Assembly: GCF_004010195.1 (NCBI RefSeq)
Contig: NC_057752.1
Span: forward strand, 13,232,007-13,296,006
Direction: 5' to 3'
From: Chiloscyllium plagiosum
Taxonomy: Eukaryota
DNA length: 64,000 bases
The translations under genes were made by a program, and so were the position numbers. The notes under the pieces are model-generated. The model had not been told where the DNA came from. It made no database searches and saw nothing but the letters and a program-made list of their open reading frames with translations. This document shows, in pieces, positions 50,205 through 60,969 of this stretch. Position 1 is the stretch's first letter. Every line of letters begins with the position of its first letter.

Positions 50205-51642
50205 TGAAAGTGTTCAAAGCAGTGGATGTCGTGTACGTGGATTTTAGCAAGGCGCTTGATAAGGTTCCCCATGGTACGCTCATTCAGAAAGTAAGGAGGT
50301 AAGGGATACAGAATTGGCTGGCCCATAGAAGACAGAGGGTGGTGTTAGATGGAAAGTACTCCGCCTGGAGCTCCACAGTGATGTTCCACAGGGATTGGTT
50401 CTGGGACCTGCGCTTTGTGATTTTTATAAATGGATGAGGAAGTGGAAGGGTGGGTTAGTAAGTTTGCCGATGGCACAAAGGTTGGTGGAGTGGTGGATAG
50501 TGAGGAGGGCTGTTGTAGGTTGCAACGAGGCATTGACAGGATGCAGAGCTGGGGGCTGAGAAGTGGCAGATGGAGTTCAATCTGGAAAAGTGTGAAGTGA
50601 TTCATTTTGAAAGGTCGAAATTGATTGCAAATTACCAGGTTAAAGGCAGGATTCTTGGCAGTGTGGAGGAACTGAGAGATCTTGAGGTCAATGTCCATAG
50701 ATCCCTCAAAGTTGCCACCTCAGTTGACAGGGTTGTTAAGAAGGCGTGTTGGCTTTCATTAGCGGGAGATTGACTTTAAGAGCCACGAGATTATGCTGCA
50801 GTTCTATAGAGCCCTGGTTAGACCACACTTGGAATATTGTGTTCAGTTCTGGTCACCTCATTATAGGAAGGATCTGGAAACTTTAGAAAGGGTCCAGAGG
50901 AGATTTACCAGGATGCTGCCTAGACTGGAGGGCATGTCTTATGAAGAAAGGTTGAGGGAACTAAGGCTTTTCTCATTGGAGCAAAGAAGAATGAGAAGTG
51001 TACAAGATGATGAGAGGCAGAGATGGAGTGGATAGCCAGAGGCTTTTTCCCAGGGTGGAAATGTCTATCACAAGGGGACATAATTTTAAGGTAATTGGAG
51101 GAAGGTTTAGTGGATATTTTCAGAGGTTGGTTCTTTACACAGAGAGTGGTGGGTGTGTGGAATGCACTGCCAGCAATGGTAGTAGAGCCAGATACATTAG
51201 GGACATTTAAGCGACCCTTGGATAGGCACATGGAAGATAGAGGAGAAAGTGAGAACTGCAGATGCTGGAGATCAGAGCTGAAAATGTGTTGCTGGAAAAG
51301 CGCAGGAAGATAGAGTCTAGATTAGAGTGGTGCTGGAAAAGCACAGCAGTTCAGGCAGCATCCGAGGAGCAGTAAAATCGACGTTTCGGGCAAAAGCCCT
51401 TCATCAGGAATACAGGCAGAGAGCCTGAAGGTGGAGAGATATAAATGAGAGCCGAGGCGGAAGATGAGGCGTTCTTCCTCCAGGCGTCGGGTGGTGAGGA
51501 AGCGGCGGTGAAGGAGACCCAGGACCTCCAAGATAGTACAGTGAAGGGTATGTAGGTTAGCTTTGTCTTAGTGTAGGATAAAAAGTCGGCACAACATCAG
51601 GGGCTGAAGGGCCTATACTATGCTGTACTGTTCTATGTTCTA
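50205..51642 (+). mobile_element. CR1/HER1-like LINE 3' part, interrupted at about 51240-51530 by two PLE family A fragments
   Basis: DFSKALDKVPH, KFADG, LVRPHLEYCVQFWSP and FFTQRVVGVWNALP; the tail resumes at about 51530. Confidence 0.9.
51376..51411 (-). ncRNA. Minimal hammerhead ribozyme (PLE family A)
   Basis: AUUC-CUGAUGA-A-GGGC-UUUU-GCCC-GAAA-CG-UC-GAUU. Confidence 0.78.
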
Positions 51643-51789
51643 AAGTGAATGACCATTATTTTCTCCTATGTTGCTTGTAGCGTCGTGGTGATTAAACTTT
51701 CATTGCTCCATGTCGATTTCTGATGCCTTTAATTCTAGCTCTTCTGTTTGCTAAAGAAATCAGTAACTCATCCACATGTGGAGCATTTT

Positions 51790-52980
51790 TAGCTGTAGCT
51801 CAGTGGATATCAGACTTGCCTCTGAGTTAGAAGGTTATGGATTCAAGTCCTGTCCTGGGGGGTGAGCACAATAGGCTGATATTTCACTGTAGTCATGAGG
51901 GTATGCTGTGCTGTCTTTTGGGGTAAGATGTTCAACCAAGGCCCAATGTGCCCTCTAGGGTAGATGTAAAAGATCCCATCAATCTTGAAGGAGAGTCATA
52001 GAATCGTACAGCACGGAAACAGACCCTTTATTCCAACCTTGTTCCCAAACTAAACTAGCCTAACCTGCCTGCACTTGGACTATATTCCTCCAGACCTTCC
52101 TATTCATCAACTTCTCCAAATGCCTTTTAAACATTGTAACTGTTCCTACATTCATCACTCTCTGGCAGTTCATTCCACACTTGAGCCAGTCTGTGTATTA
52201 AAAAAAATGTTTCCCCATATGTACTTTTCAAATCTTCCTCTTCTCACTTTAAAAATATGCCTTCTCGTATTGAAATCCCCCACCCTGGGGAAAAGCCCCT
52301 TTGCCATTCACCTTATCGATGTTCCTCATGATTTTATCACCCTCTCAACCTGCTACGCTCCAGTCAAAAAAGTCCCAGCCTTTCTGGTCAATTTTTGTAA
52401 CTCCAACTCTCCATTCCTGCCAACCTCGTGGCAAATCTTTTCTGAGCCCTCACCAGTTTAATAATGTCCTTCCTTTACCAGGGCGACCAGAACTGGGCAC
52501 AGTACTGCAGCAGAGTGCAGGGAAATGGAAGGAGCTGTATCATTGTAAACTGCTGCTTCTTTTACCATCCCGTCTGAGGCGCATCAGGAGCTCAGTCACG
52601 TCGCAAATTGGTGCAAGCTGCACAACTATCGGTCTTGTGTTTGGCTTTGCCAGAAAACCAAAAGTTTTTTTTTGAAAGGCGAAAATACCAAGATGGTGCT
52701 GACCGAACCTCTGCCCTTCCCAATCTTATCAAGTTCCAGCCTCAATCGCTCACCACTTGCCCAGGGTGTCCTCTGCCAACACTCATTGTTTAAGTCAACA
52801 TCACCAAGATGGTCTACCTGGTCATTATCGTATTGTTTTTGCAATCTTGCAATGTGCAAATTGGCTGCTGTTTCCAATATTAAATAAGTGGCGACACCTC
52901 AAAAGCACGTCATTGGCTGTAAAGCTTTTGGGGGCATCCTGTGGTTGTGAAAGACCATGCAAGCTTGTTCCGTATAAATA
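51790..52980 (+). mobile_element. Deu-domain SINE (SacSINE1/AmnSINE-related), split by a minus-strand CR1 (about 51995-52515)
   Basis: tRNA-like head TAGCTCAGTGG...ATTCAAGTCC; Deu-like AGATGTTCAACCAAGGCCC...TGCCCTCTAGGGTAGATGTAAAAGATCCCAT; 3' part TGTGCAAATTGGCTGC...CATTGGCTGTAAAGC. Confidence 0.6.
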
Positions 52981-54892
52981 CTGAGTTTCACTATCCTACT
53001 GTCTGACCACTGCAGTCTTGACTGTTCAGGCTGCCACATGAAGGCCTTTTGATTTTGGATACTGAGCAACTGCCAGCCTCTTTATGCATGAGACTTCAGG
53101 TTGGAATGAGGCAGCACCCAAAAAGGAAAATGTTGGGGGGGGGGGGGGGAGGGCAGGGAGTTGTGAATTGAGGGGTTGACCCCCCCCCTGGATGGAGACA
53201 GGTTGAAGTAATCGCTTTTTTTTAATAAAGAAAAGAACAACTTTTCACAGTGGTGGTCACACAGTTAAGTATCTCCACTGCTATTGGACAGATATCATTC
53301 CTTTTGGCACAGTTTGTACCTTTTGAATCCAGCTCTGAAATAAAAGCGAGGAAACCATAGGGCAGTGGGGGCAATCCTTTCTCCTTTGATACAGCAACAA
53401 GTGACTTTGAACTTTGCAATCAATATCCCAAACTGAGCAGATCCTCAGGAGGCTTTGAAGGCAACACAAAAGGCGCTATGGTTCCGCCTGTTTAAAAGCT
53501 CATGAATGGGACTGACCTTATTCCTCAGGGGCTGTGGGGGAGGGGTGACAATGGTTCTGATAGTTCTTTCCACGACAGCCGATATTGGAGCTCTTCTGTT
53601 GAGAGGTCTCTGAGTTTTGTAAAATCTCTCTGTCTAACAAGACAGAAAGGGGCTGACTTGCCTGAGGATCCCAGGCTAGGGTTGGTCGGTGTTCACAATG
53701 CAATGTGATGTTTCTGAAGGCATTGACTCTGACAGAGCTTCCAATACGTAGGGCTCCAGTTCTTCCCACCCTGCTGCCAGTCTCGTTGATCTCCGAGTTT
53801 CTGAACTAATGGCATCAAGCCCCCACCTCCTGCTGAGTGAACCCTGCCCAGGGAGTAAACCCAACAAAGAATTGGAGGGCGATGTGACTGCTCAACAACA
53901 CATTGAAAGGTCCCTTGGGTGAAATTTAACACCAATATCTTTTAAGCAACACCTGAAACAGCATCTTCAGCCAAACATCCCTACACTCCACTAAAGTTTC
54001 CGCACCATCCTTTCCATGTACTCAATATGTTCATATCCAAATATATTTTCTTAAAATCATCCTGATACTACCACTGTCTCTGGTCTGCATTTCGTCATTT
54101 AATAACCTCTTAACTGCTCTTGTCATTGGTGATGATGTTAAACCTTCCTAATTTTGAGTGCGTTTGTCAAATCTCTGAACTCTCACTTTCTAATGAATGG
54201 AGCCCCATTTTCTCCAGTCTCTCTTCCTAATTAAAGCATCTGGACCCTGGTGCTGTCTTTGTGAATCTCATCTGCTTCCTCCTCCCCGTCTTCACGTTTT
54301 TCAATTGCAGAATCACACCTACCGTTAGACAAGGCGTTCTGAGTTTTACAAGCATGGCCTGGTTGAGTTTGGCTAGTACTCTGTCTATTGCAAATAGCAG
54401 GTGGGGCGAGATGAAATGTGGTATTCAAATTTCAAGGCTGATGTAAATTCAAAGCTGAAGGCCATGTGTCTCAATGACTGGCAGGTTATATCAAATGGCA
54501 CATCACTTCAACTATCCACTACAGGCTGACTGCACTTAGTTCAACTGCTGGTAAAATTCAGAAAATAAGCTCTAATGTTTGCTGTCATTCAGCAATTGGA
54601 CAGCTCCTGTTGAGCAATCCCGAGTGCGCCAAGAATTGCACGAACAACCAAGTTAAGATTATTAGTCTGGTTTGCAAATGTATTTGACATGTGCTCCATA
54701 TGCAAGTGCCTCTGTAAACAGGGGAGGGCATGATATTGTTTTTGAATTAAGCAAAGCATGGGAACAATAATTCACTGATGTACGCCCCATGACAATTCCT
54801 TGACCAATCATTTGAGTTGCCAACCAATCGGCACCCTTTCCTTATACTGCAGAGATTGTTGCTCCTTCTTCACATTGTGGTTTTCTTGCATC

Positions 54893-54926
54893 TGTCCTGA
54901 TGAGTACAAGATGAAAAGCTTCAATA
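54893..54926 (+). ncRNA. Degenerate hammerhead ribozyme of a further PLE-like family (D)
   Basis: UGUC-CUGAUGA-GU-ACAAG-AU-GAAA-AGCU-UC-AAUA. Core intact with palindromic AAGCUU helix III; the helix I/II mismatches are partly explicable as CpG decay. Confidence 0.5.
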
Positions 54927-56439
54927 ATATGTGTCTTTTATAATTTAGTGTCCACTTGTTCTTACAACGCTTCACTCCACATTTCCCTGCATTAAATGTT
55001 ATCGGACAGCTAGCTGTCCTATCTAGGTTCCTGACTCTATACTCCTCAGCAACATAGGAAAGCTTTCCAAGCTCTTACACAGGAGCAGCTATCAAACAAA
55101 ATTTGAAACCAAGCCACGGAAGGTTGTATTACAGATGTAGCAGATAACTTTTAAGGAGTGCTGTCATGGAGAGAGAACAGTAACAAGACTTGAGAAAACG
55201 TGAGGTCCAAGCAACTTAAGGCACATTTGCCAATCGTGAAGCCATGAAAATCGGCAGTGTAGCCAGAACTGGAGGTGTGCAGTCACATTAGAGTTGACCA
55301 CAGTTGCTTCTTTGTTGCCATCGTGCCCTCAAAACCAGAGTTCATATATTCTGGCTACAGGGGACGTGACAAACATCTATTAACAATTGCTCTCTCTTTT
55401 CAATCCTTTAATCCCAACGATCTATGCTGTTGCATTCCTTCAGGTACTGTGAGCCAGATGTTTAGCAAATTTGAAAACTTTTATACAGCAATTCCACTAC
55501 CTTTCCTTTATTTGTGCAGTTTAATGTTTCTCTGTGTAACTGTTACATTTGACAGATGGCATACTACTTGTCCTCAAGTAATCCATGTCTTTTGAAGTGA
55601 GTACTAATTTTGTTGCTTTTATAATGCAGTTTTAAGACTCTTGCGTACTGCCGGTGTCTGACAAAGTGATTGGGTTCCACCTCCACCGTACCCTTTTTAT
55701 TTCTCACACTTCTGGATTTAAAATCAAGGGGAAGTTCTCATCTGCCAATCCTTTGTCCTCCTTGAAAAGATTTCCATTTTCACCTTCTACCTTGCTGGAT
55801 TCAAAGCAGTCTAACATTCTCAAGATGTCCCCAGTCCAGGGATGTGCAGGTTAGGTAGATCAGCCATACTAAATTGCCCAGAGATGTGCAGACTTGGTAG
55901 ATTAGCCATGCTAAATTGCCTACAGTGTCCAAAGCTTAGGTGGATTAGCCGTGGGAATGCAGGGAAAAGGTCGGGGATGTGGGTCTGGGTGGGATGCTCT
56001 TTGGAGGGTTGGTGTGGACATGTTGGGCTGAATAGCCTGCTCCCATGCTGTAGGGATTCTTTATGGTCCCCATCTTAGACAAGGATAAAAATCCTAAGTG
56101 ACTATCCTTCTGTAATTAAAGTCCAAAATCATAGGATTCTTGCTTTTTTAAATTCATTCACGGGATGTGAGCATCAAAGGTCAGCATTTCTTGCACATAT
56201 TGGCTCTTGGTTTTCTGGCATTCCAACAAGCGTTAAAAGTCTTTCATTGAAGGGAAACCATTCTGGGGCTTCCGGTGGTTGTGATAATGATTGAGCATTA
56301 AATATTAGCTGGGCCCTCCATGTCATCCTCTCGCAATGACACTGCAATGTTTGATCTGGCACCTCTTGCATCTCCCTCAGTCCCACACTGGAATTCTCAA
56401 CTTCGAAAATGTGCTCCAGTCTTTGGAGAGGGGGCCCAA

Positions 56440-56852
56440 GTCATCATCAAAGACCCCTCCCACCCCGGGTACACTCTCTTCCAACCTCTTCTGTCAGGCA
56501 GAAGCTTAAGCACACACACCAACAGATACAAGAATGGTTTCTTCCCCGCTGTTATTAAACTGCTGAATGGACCAGGAGAAAGTGAGGACTGCAGATGCTG
56601 GGGATCAGAGCTTAAAAATGTGTTGCTGGAAAAGCGCAGCAGGTCAGGCAGCATCCAAGGAGAAGGAGAATGGAACCACTCAAATTTCAAATCTACTGTT
56701 GATCTTGCTTTTTGTGCACCTTCTTTATAGCTGTAACATTGTATTCCTCCCTCCTGCTCTGTGATCTTAGTATGGTATGATCTGCCTGTACTGCACACAA
56801 AACAAAACTTTTCACTGTACTGGGGTGCATGTGACAATAATAAATCAAATCA
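56440..56852 (+). mobile_element. Rex1/Babar 3' fragment with a nested PLE family A terminus (about 56573-56670)
   Basis: IIKDPSHPGYTLFQPLLSGR...NGFFPAVIKLLN; (AAATC)n tail; GAATGGA flanks the PLE piece. Confidence 0.8.
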
Positions 56853-57534
56853 AGTCTTCCAACCCCAGTAGATGGTCACCCATTTGATCTGCTCACAGGC
56901 ACATTCAAAGAACTCTTCCATTCTCCTGCATTTTCTGTATCTAACTTCCTGCCCGCAATTCCCCCCAGATGCATGAAATATCCTGACAGGACCTGAAGGC
57001 CACTTACGTGATAATCCCCAGATCTTCCCATACTATAATGTAATTATAAATGAAATATCAGCATCAAGGAACCTCATCAATGTTGCATAGTCTGTCATTC
57101 TAATAAGCCTTAGCAACCTGTGAAGATGCTAGCTCCTGAGCCCTTGTCTGAGTGAAATTGTTGGGGCAGTCACTGAGCCCGGGATGCGATTGTTTTCACT
57201 GCCTTGTGTTGGGAGGGCATTCGACGATATGTGGTTGGGACGTGCATTGGATTTATAGCAATTCAAAATCGCCAGCAGGCTAGAGGCATGTCAGTGACTG
57301 GTCTGTTCTCTCTCAATGTCACCACAAGGCAGCGACGGAAAGCAGTCAAGCACCAGATAGCAAAGGAAGTCTTTTTACTTTATTGAGAAGACCATGTGAA
57401 GGGCAAAGGCCAATAGTGCAGGACACCGTAGAGGAGCAGGAGAGAAGACACAATTACAAAAATACATAGTTAGTGGCCCAGTGAGGATTAGTTGAGCGTT
57501 TTGAATGCCTGCAGTTTATAGTTCATAGATTCAT

Positions 57535-57865
57535 TGAGTCCCTACAATGCTGAAGCAGGCCATTCAACCCAGTGAGTCCACACTGAAGAAGAGCAACTCA
57601 ACCACCACCACCACCCATCCACCCACCGTATCTCTGTATTCCCCATGGCCAATCCACCCTGACCTGCACATCCCTGGACACTATGGGACAATTTAGCACG
57701 GCCAATCCACCCTAACCTGCACATCCCTGGGCACTATGGGACAATTTAGCATGGCCAACCCACCCTAACCTGCACATCCCTGGGCACTATGGGACAATTT
57801 AGCATGGCCAATCCACCCTAACCTACACATCCCTGGGCATCCCTAACCTACACATCTTTGGATTC
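57535..57865 (-). mobile_element. HE1-like SINE fragment with about 4 internal copies of the 53-bp unit
   Basis: Same unit as the 1-998 array. Confidence 0.85.
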
Positions 57866-58394
57866 TCAAAAGTATAAACCTCTCAATCTCCCCCTCTAAC
57901 ATTCCAAAGTAGATCAGAAGACTATAGACTGAGACTTGCTTTCAGCTTAGTAAGTCTATAAGATGGTGTGCTTGAGCTGTTACTGTGTTGCACTAATAAA
58001 ACTGCTGACTCTGCTACCGAAACAGAGTTTCATAATGTTCCTAACATTATGAACAAGAAACCAAAGAGCCGATGTAGTCTTCTCTTTAAACTTCCCATCA
58101 AGTTGTTTACTGTGCCTTCATCGCTTATGAAGGAAAATTATTAAGGACTCTATTCCTTCTAGTGGCTCAGTTGGCAAATATGTGAATGATACAGACTCCA
58201 TAAATGGGGAAACATCAGGACAGATAATCCAAAGCTTGGTTTGAGGTAGATTTTAAGGAGGGGTGGGGGTGGGGGGTTGCAGAAGAGCTGCAGGGTGGTT
58301 TAGGGAGGGAATTCCAGAGCTCGGGAACCAGGCAGTTGAAGGTGTGGCTGCCAAAGGTGGAACAATTTTTAAAAACTGGGAACTATGCATGAGG

Positions 58395-58750
58395 TAGCAT
58401 GGTGGCTCAGTAGTTAGCACTGCTGCCTCACTGCACCAGGCACCCGCGTTCGATTCCAGCCTCGGGTGATTGTGTGGAGTTTGCATTTTCTCGCCGTGTC
58501 TGTGTGGGTTTCCTCCCACAGTCCAATGATGCCCGTAGTGTCCAGGGATGTGTGAGTTAAGGTGGTTTGGTCATGCTAAGTTGTCCCATAGTGCCCAGGG
58601 ATGTGCAGGTTAGGGTGGATTGCCCATCGGAAATCCAGGGCTACAGGAATAGCGCATGGAGGTGGGTCTGGGTGGGATGGTTTTCAGAGGGTCAGTGAGG
58701 ACTCAGTGAGCCAAATGGCCTGTTTCCTTACTGTGTAGGGATTCTATAAG
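58395..58750 (+). mobile_element. HE1-like SINE (about 2 internal units), followed by a PLE family B tail (58752-58858)
   Basis: GGTGGCTCAGTAGTTAGC head, GTTCGATTCC B box, GGGATTCTAT tail. Confidence 0.85.
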
Positions 58751-59794
58751 GGGCAACGCTCTGAAAGCTAGTGCCTCCAAATAAATCTGTTGGACTATAA
58801 CCTGGTGTTGTGAGTTTTAACTTTGTCCACCCCAGTCCAACACCGGCTTCTCCACATCTTGTGAGAGATGTAAGGGATGGTACAGGTTATTGGATGTTAA
58901 AGCTGGTTGGAGATTCGAAAGCTAAGGACTTAAAAAGAGTTGAGTGGCAAAGTGAGCGAAGCAAATGCGAGAAAGTAAATAACAAACCAGAGGCAAGTAA
59001 CTAGGAGAGCAAGGTGTCAGAACCAGTATCAAAGCGCTGAGCAAACCAGGAGACAACAACCTTAAAGAATTAAAACCTTTAATGTGCCTCCTCTGAACAT
59101 CTTGCTAATTACCTTGCTGATTATTTCCTGTCTCCCTCCAGAGCTCAATCCTTGGGCAGGATTCTTTTGAAGTGCAAAAGAACAACAGCTTCACGTTGAT
59201 GTAAACAAAGCTCAGGAGTGCAAGTACAAGCTTTGTGAAGCAATGTGAGATTGTGATCAGAATATTACAATCCCATTATGAAGGACCAGGTCTGGGTTCG
59301 GGAGTTGCCTTATCACAGGAGAACAGGTGGGCCTTTCAGCAAGGCTACCTGTGAAGAAGCTGCCAAACAAAATCTGTGATTTATTTCCGAACCTCTTTTT
59401 TTAATTTGGGGTCGTAAAGGTGATGCTTACCTAGCTCGAAGGAATCCAGGAAATTGCAGAGTTTATGCTGTGAATCTATTCTCGCATCACGAAGGATGTA
59501 AGCAGAACAAGGGTGACAATCTCCGCCAGTGAAGGTACTCTGGTTGTGTCATCTGTCTTCTGCTGGAACCCACTGTTGGTCTGTTTGACTGGCTTGAATC
59601 AGTGAAAGCAAGACCTTTGTTCCTTGGGAACTGCATAGATAAATCATCAGATCCTTCCTCCAAGCCCAGAGTCTCACCTGCTCTGTATACCTTTTGTTTG
59701 GAGTGGCTGTGATGGGGAAGAGACCATTACCCACCTCTGCCTGGAATGTGCTTCTTGAACCACTGCAGTGCTGACAATGCCACTAGATTGGAGT

Positions 59795-60062
59795 ACCTAC
59801 ACTGCAGAAACAGGCTCTTCAGCCCAACCAGTCCACACCGACCCTGCGAAGAGTAACCCACCCAGACCCATTTCCCTCTGACTAATGCATGGCCAATTCA
59901 CCTGGCCCACACATCTTTGGACTGTAGGAGGAAACCGGAGCAAACCCACACAGACATGGGGAGAATGTGCAAACTCCACACAGACAGTCGCTCGAGGCTG
60001 GAATCAAACCCGGGTCCCTGGTGCTGTGAGGCAGCAGTGCTAACCACTGAGCCACCATGCCA
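59795..60062 (-). mobile_element. HE1-like SINE, near full length
   Basis: Head GCATGGTGGCTCAGTGGTTAGCAC, B box GGTTTGATTCC, CR1-like tail. Confidence 0.88.
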
Positions 60063-60230
60063 CCCCTTTAAAACACTCATAGGATATGGGTGCTGTTGGG
60101 TGGGACAACATTTATTGTCACTCCCTAACTGCCCTTGAGAAGGTGATGGTGAGTTGTCTTCTTGAACCACTGCAAAACCACTGCTCTTTGCAAAATAAGT
60201 CTAGTCAGAGAGGTAGTGGTCTTTTTTTAA

Positions 60231-60965
60231 TGTTAAAAACTGCACATCACCAGGTTACAGTCCAACAGGTTTATTTGGAAGCACTAGCTTTCGGAGCGCT
60301 GCTCTTTCATCAGGTGGTTGTGGAGGTTAAGATCATGCTCACAGAATCTTTGGAGATGCTGGAGATCAGAGTTGAGAGTGTGGTGCTGGAAAAGCATGGC
60401 AGGTCAGACAGCATCCAAGGAGCAAGAGAGTCAACGTTTCGGGCATAAACCCTTCATCCTGATGCCCGAAACGTCGATTCTCCTGCTCCTTGGATGCTGC
60501 CTGATCTGTTGCTTATCCAGCACCACACTCCTGTCACAGAATTTGTAGCCAAAGGAATCCAGTGTCAGGGAGGTGTGATACAGTAAGCAATCTTAGATTA
60601 AAACTTCCATCTTTTATAATGGGATATGCTGGTTTCTGTTCTTTTGATATGTAAATCCCAGAACTTCTTTTAAATTACATTCTCAAGGTAGCTCAGCTTT
60701 TGAAACAATAGGTGTGAAGTCTGTGTTCTAGTGCTATGTCAGACTGACCAACCCTCTGTATAGTTTGAGTTTTACGTGGATTCATGCAGTTTTTGAGCAA
60801 AATAAAAATGTAGTTCTGCAAAAATAAATTCACCCCATAAACTTGTGTGTGTGCATGTAGGAGCATGAGATTGAGTGTGTATACTTCAGTTCTTTTCATA
60901 TGTAAATCTCAAACCTTTTTAAAATTGCATTCTCAAGCAAAGTTTAACAATAGGTGCCATGTCAG
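60231..60965 (-). mobile_element. PLE family B terminus/3' UTR copy in tandem with the coding element; contains a nested family A palindrome (60348-60533, 9-bp TSD TCACAGAAT)
   Basis: Degenerate hammerhead 60282-60316. 60770-60860 resembles 61190-61270. TSD at 60339-60347 and 60534-60542. Confidence 0.8.
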
Positions 60966-60969
60966 CTCA

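Noticed and set aside
53500..53940. Possible exon of an upstream minus-strand gene (donor-like AAG|GTCAGT near 53517)
   Set aside because: Stops interrupt all frames and no known protein was recognised.
59430..59745. Possible minus-strand exons with GTAAG/GTGAG donors
   Set aside because: The implied intron is only about 45 nt, frames contain stops and no homology was recognised.
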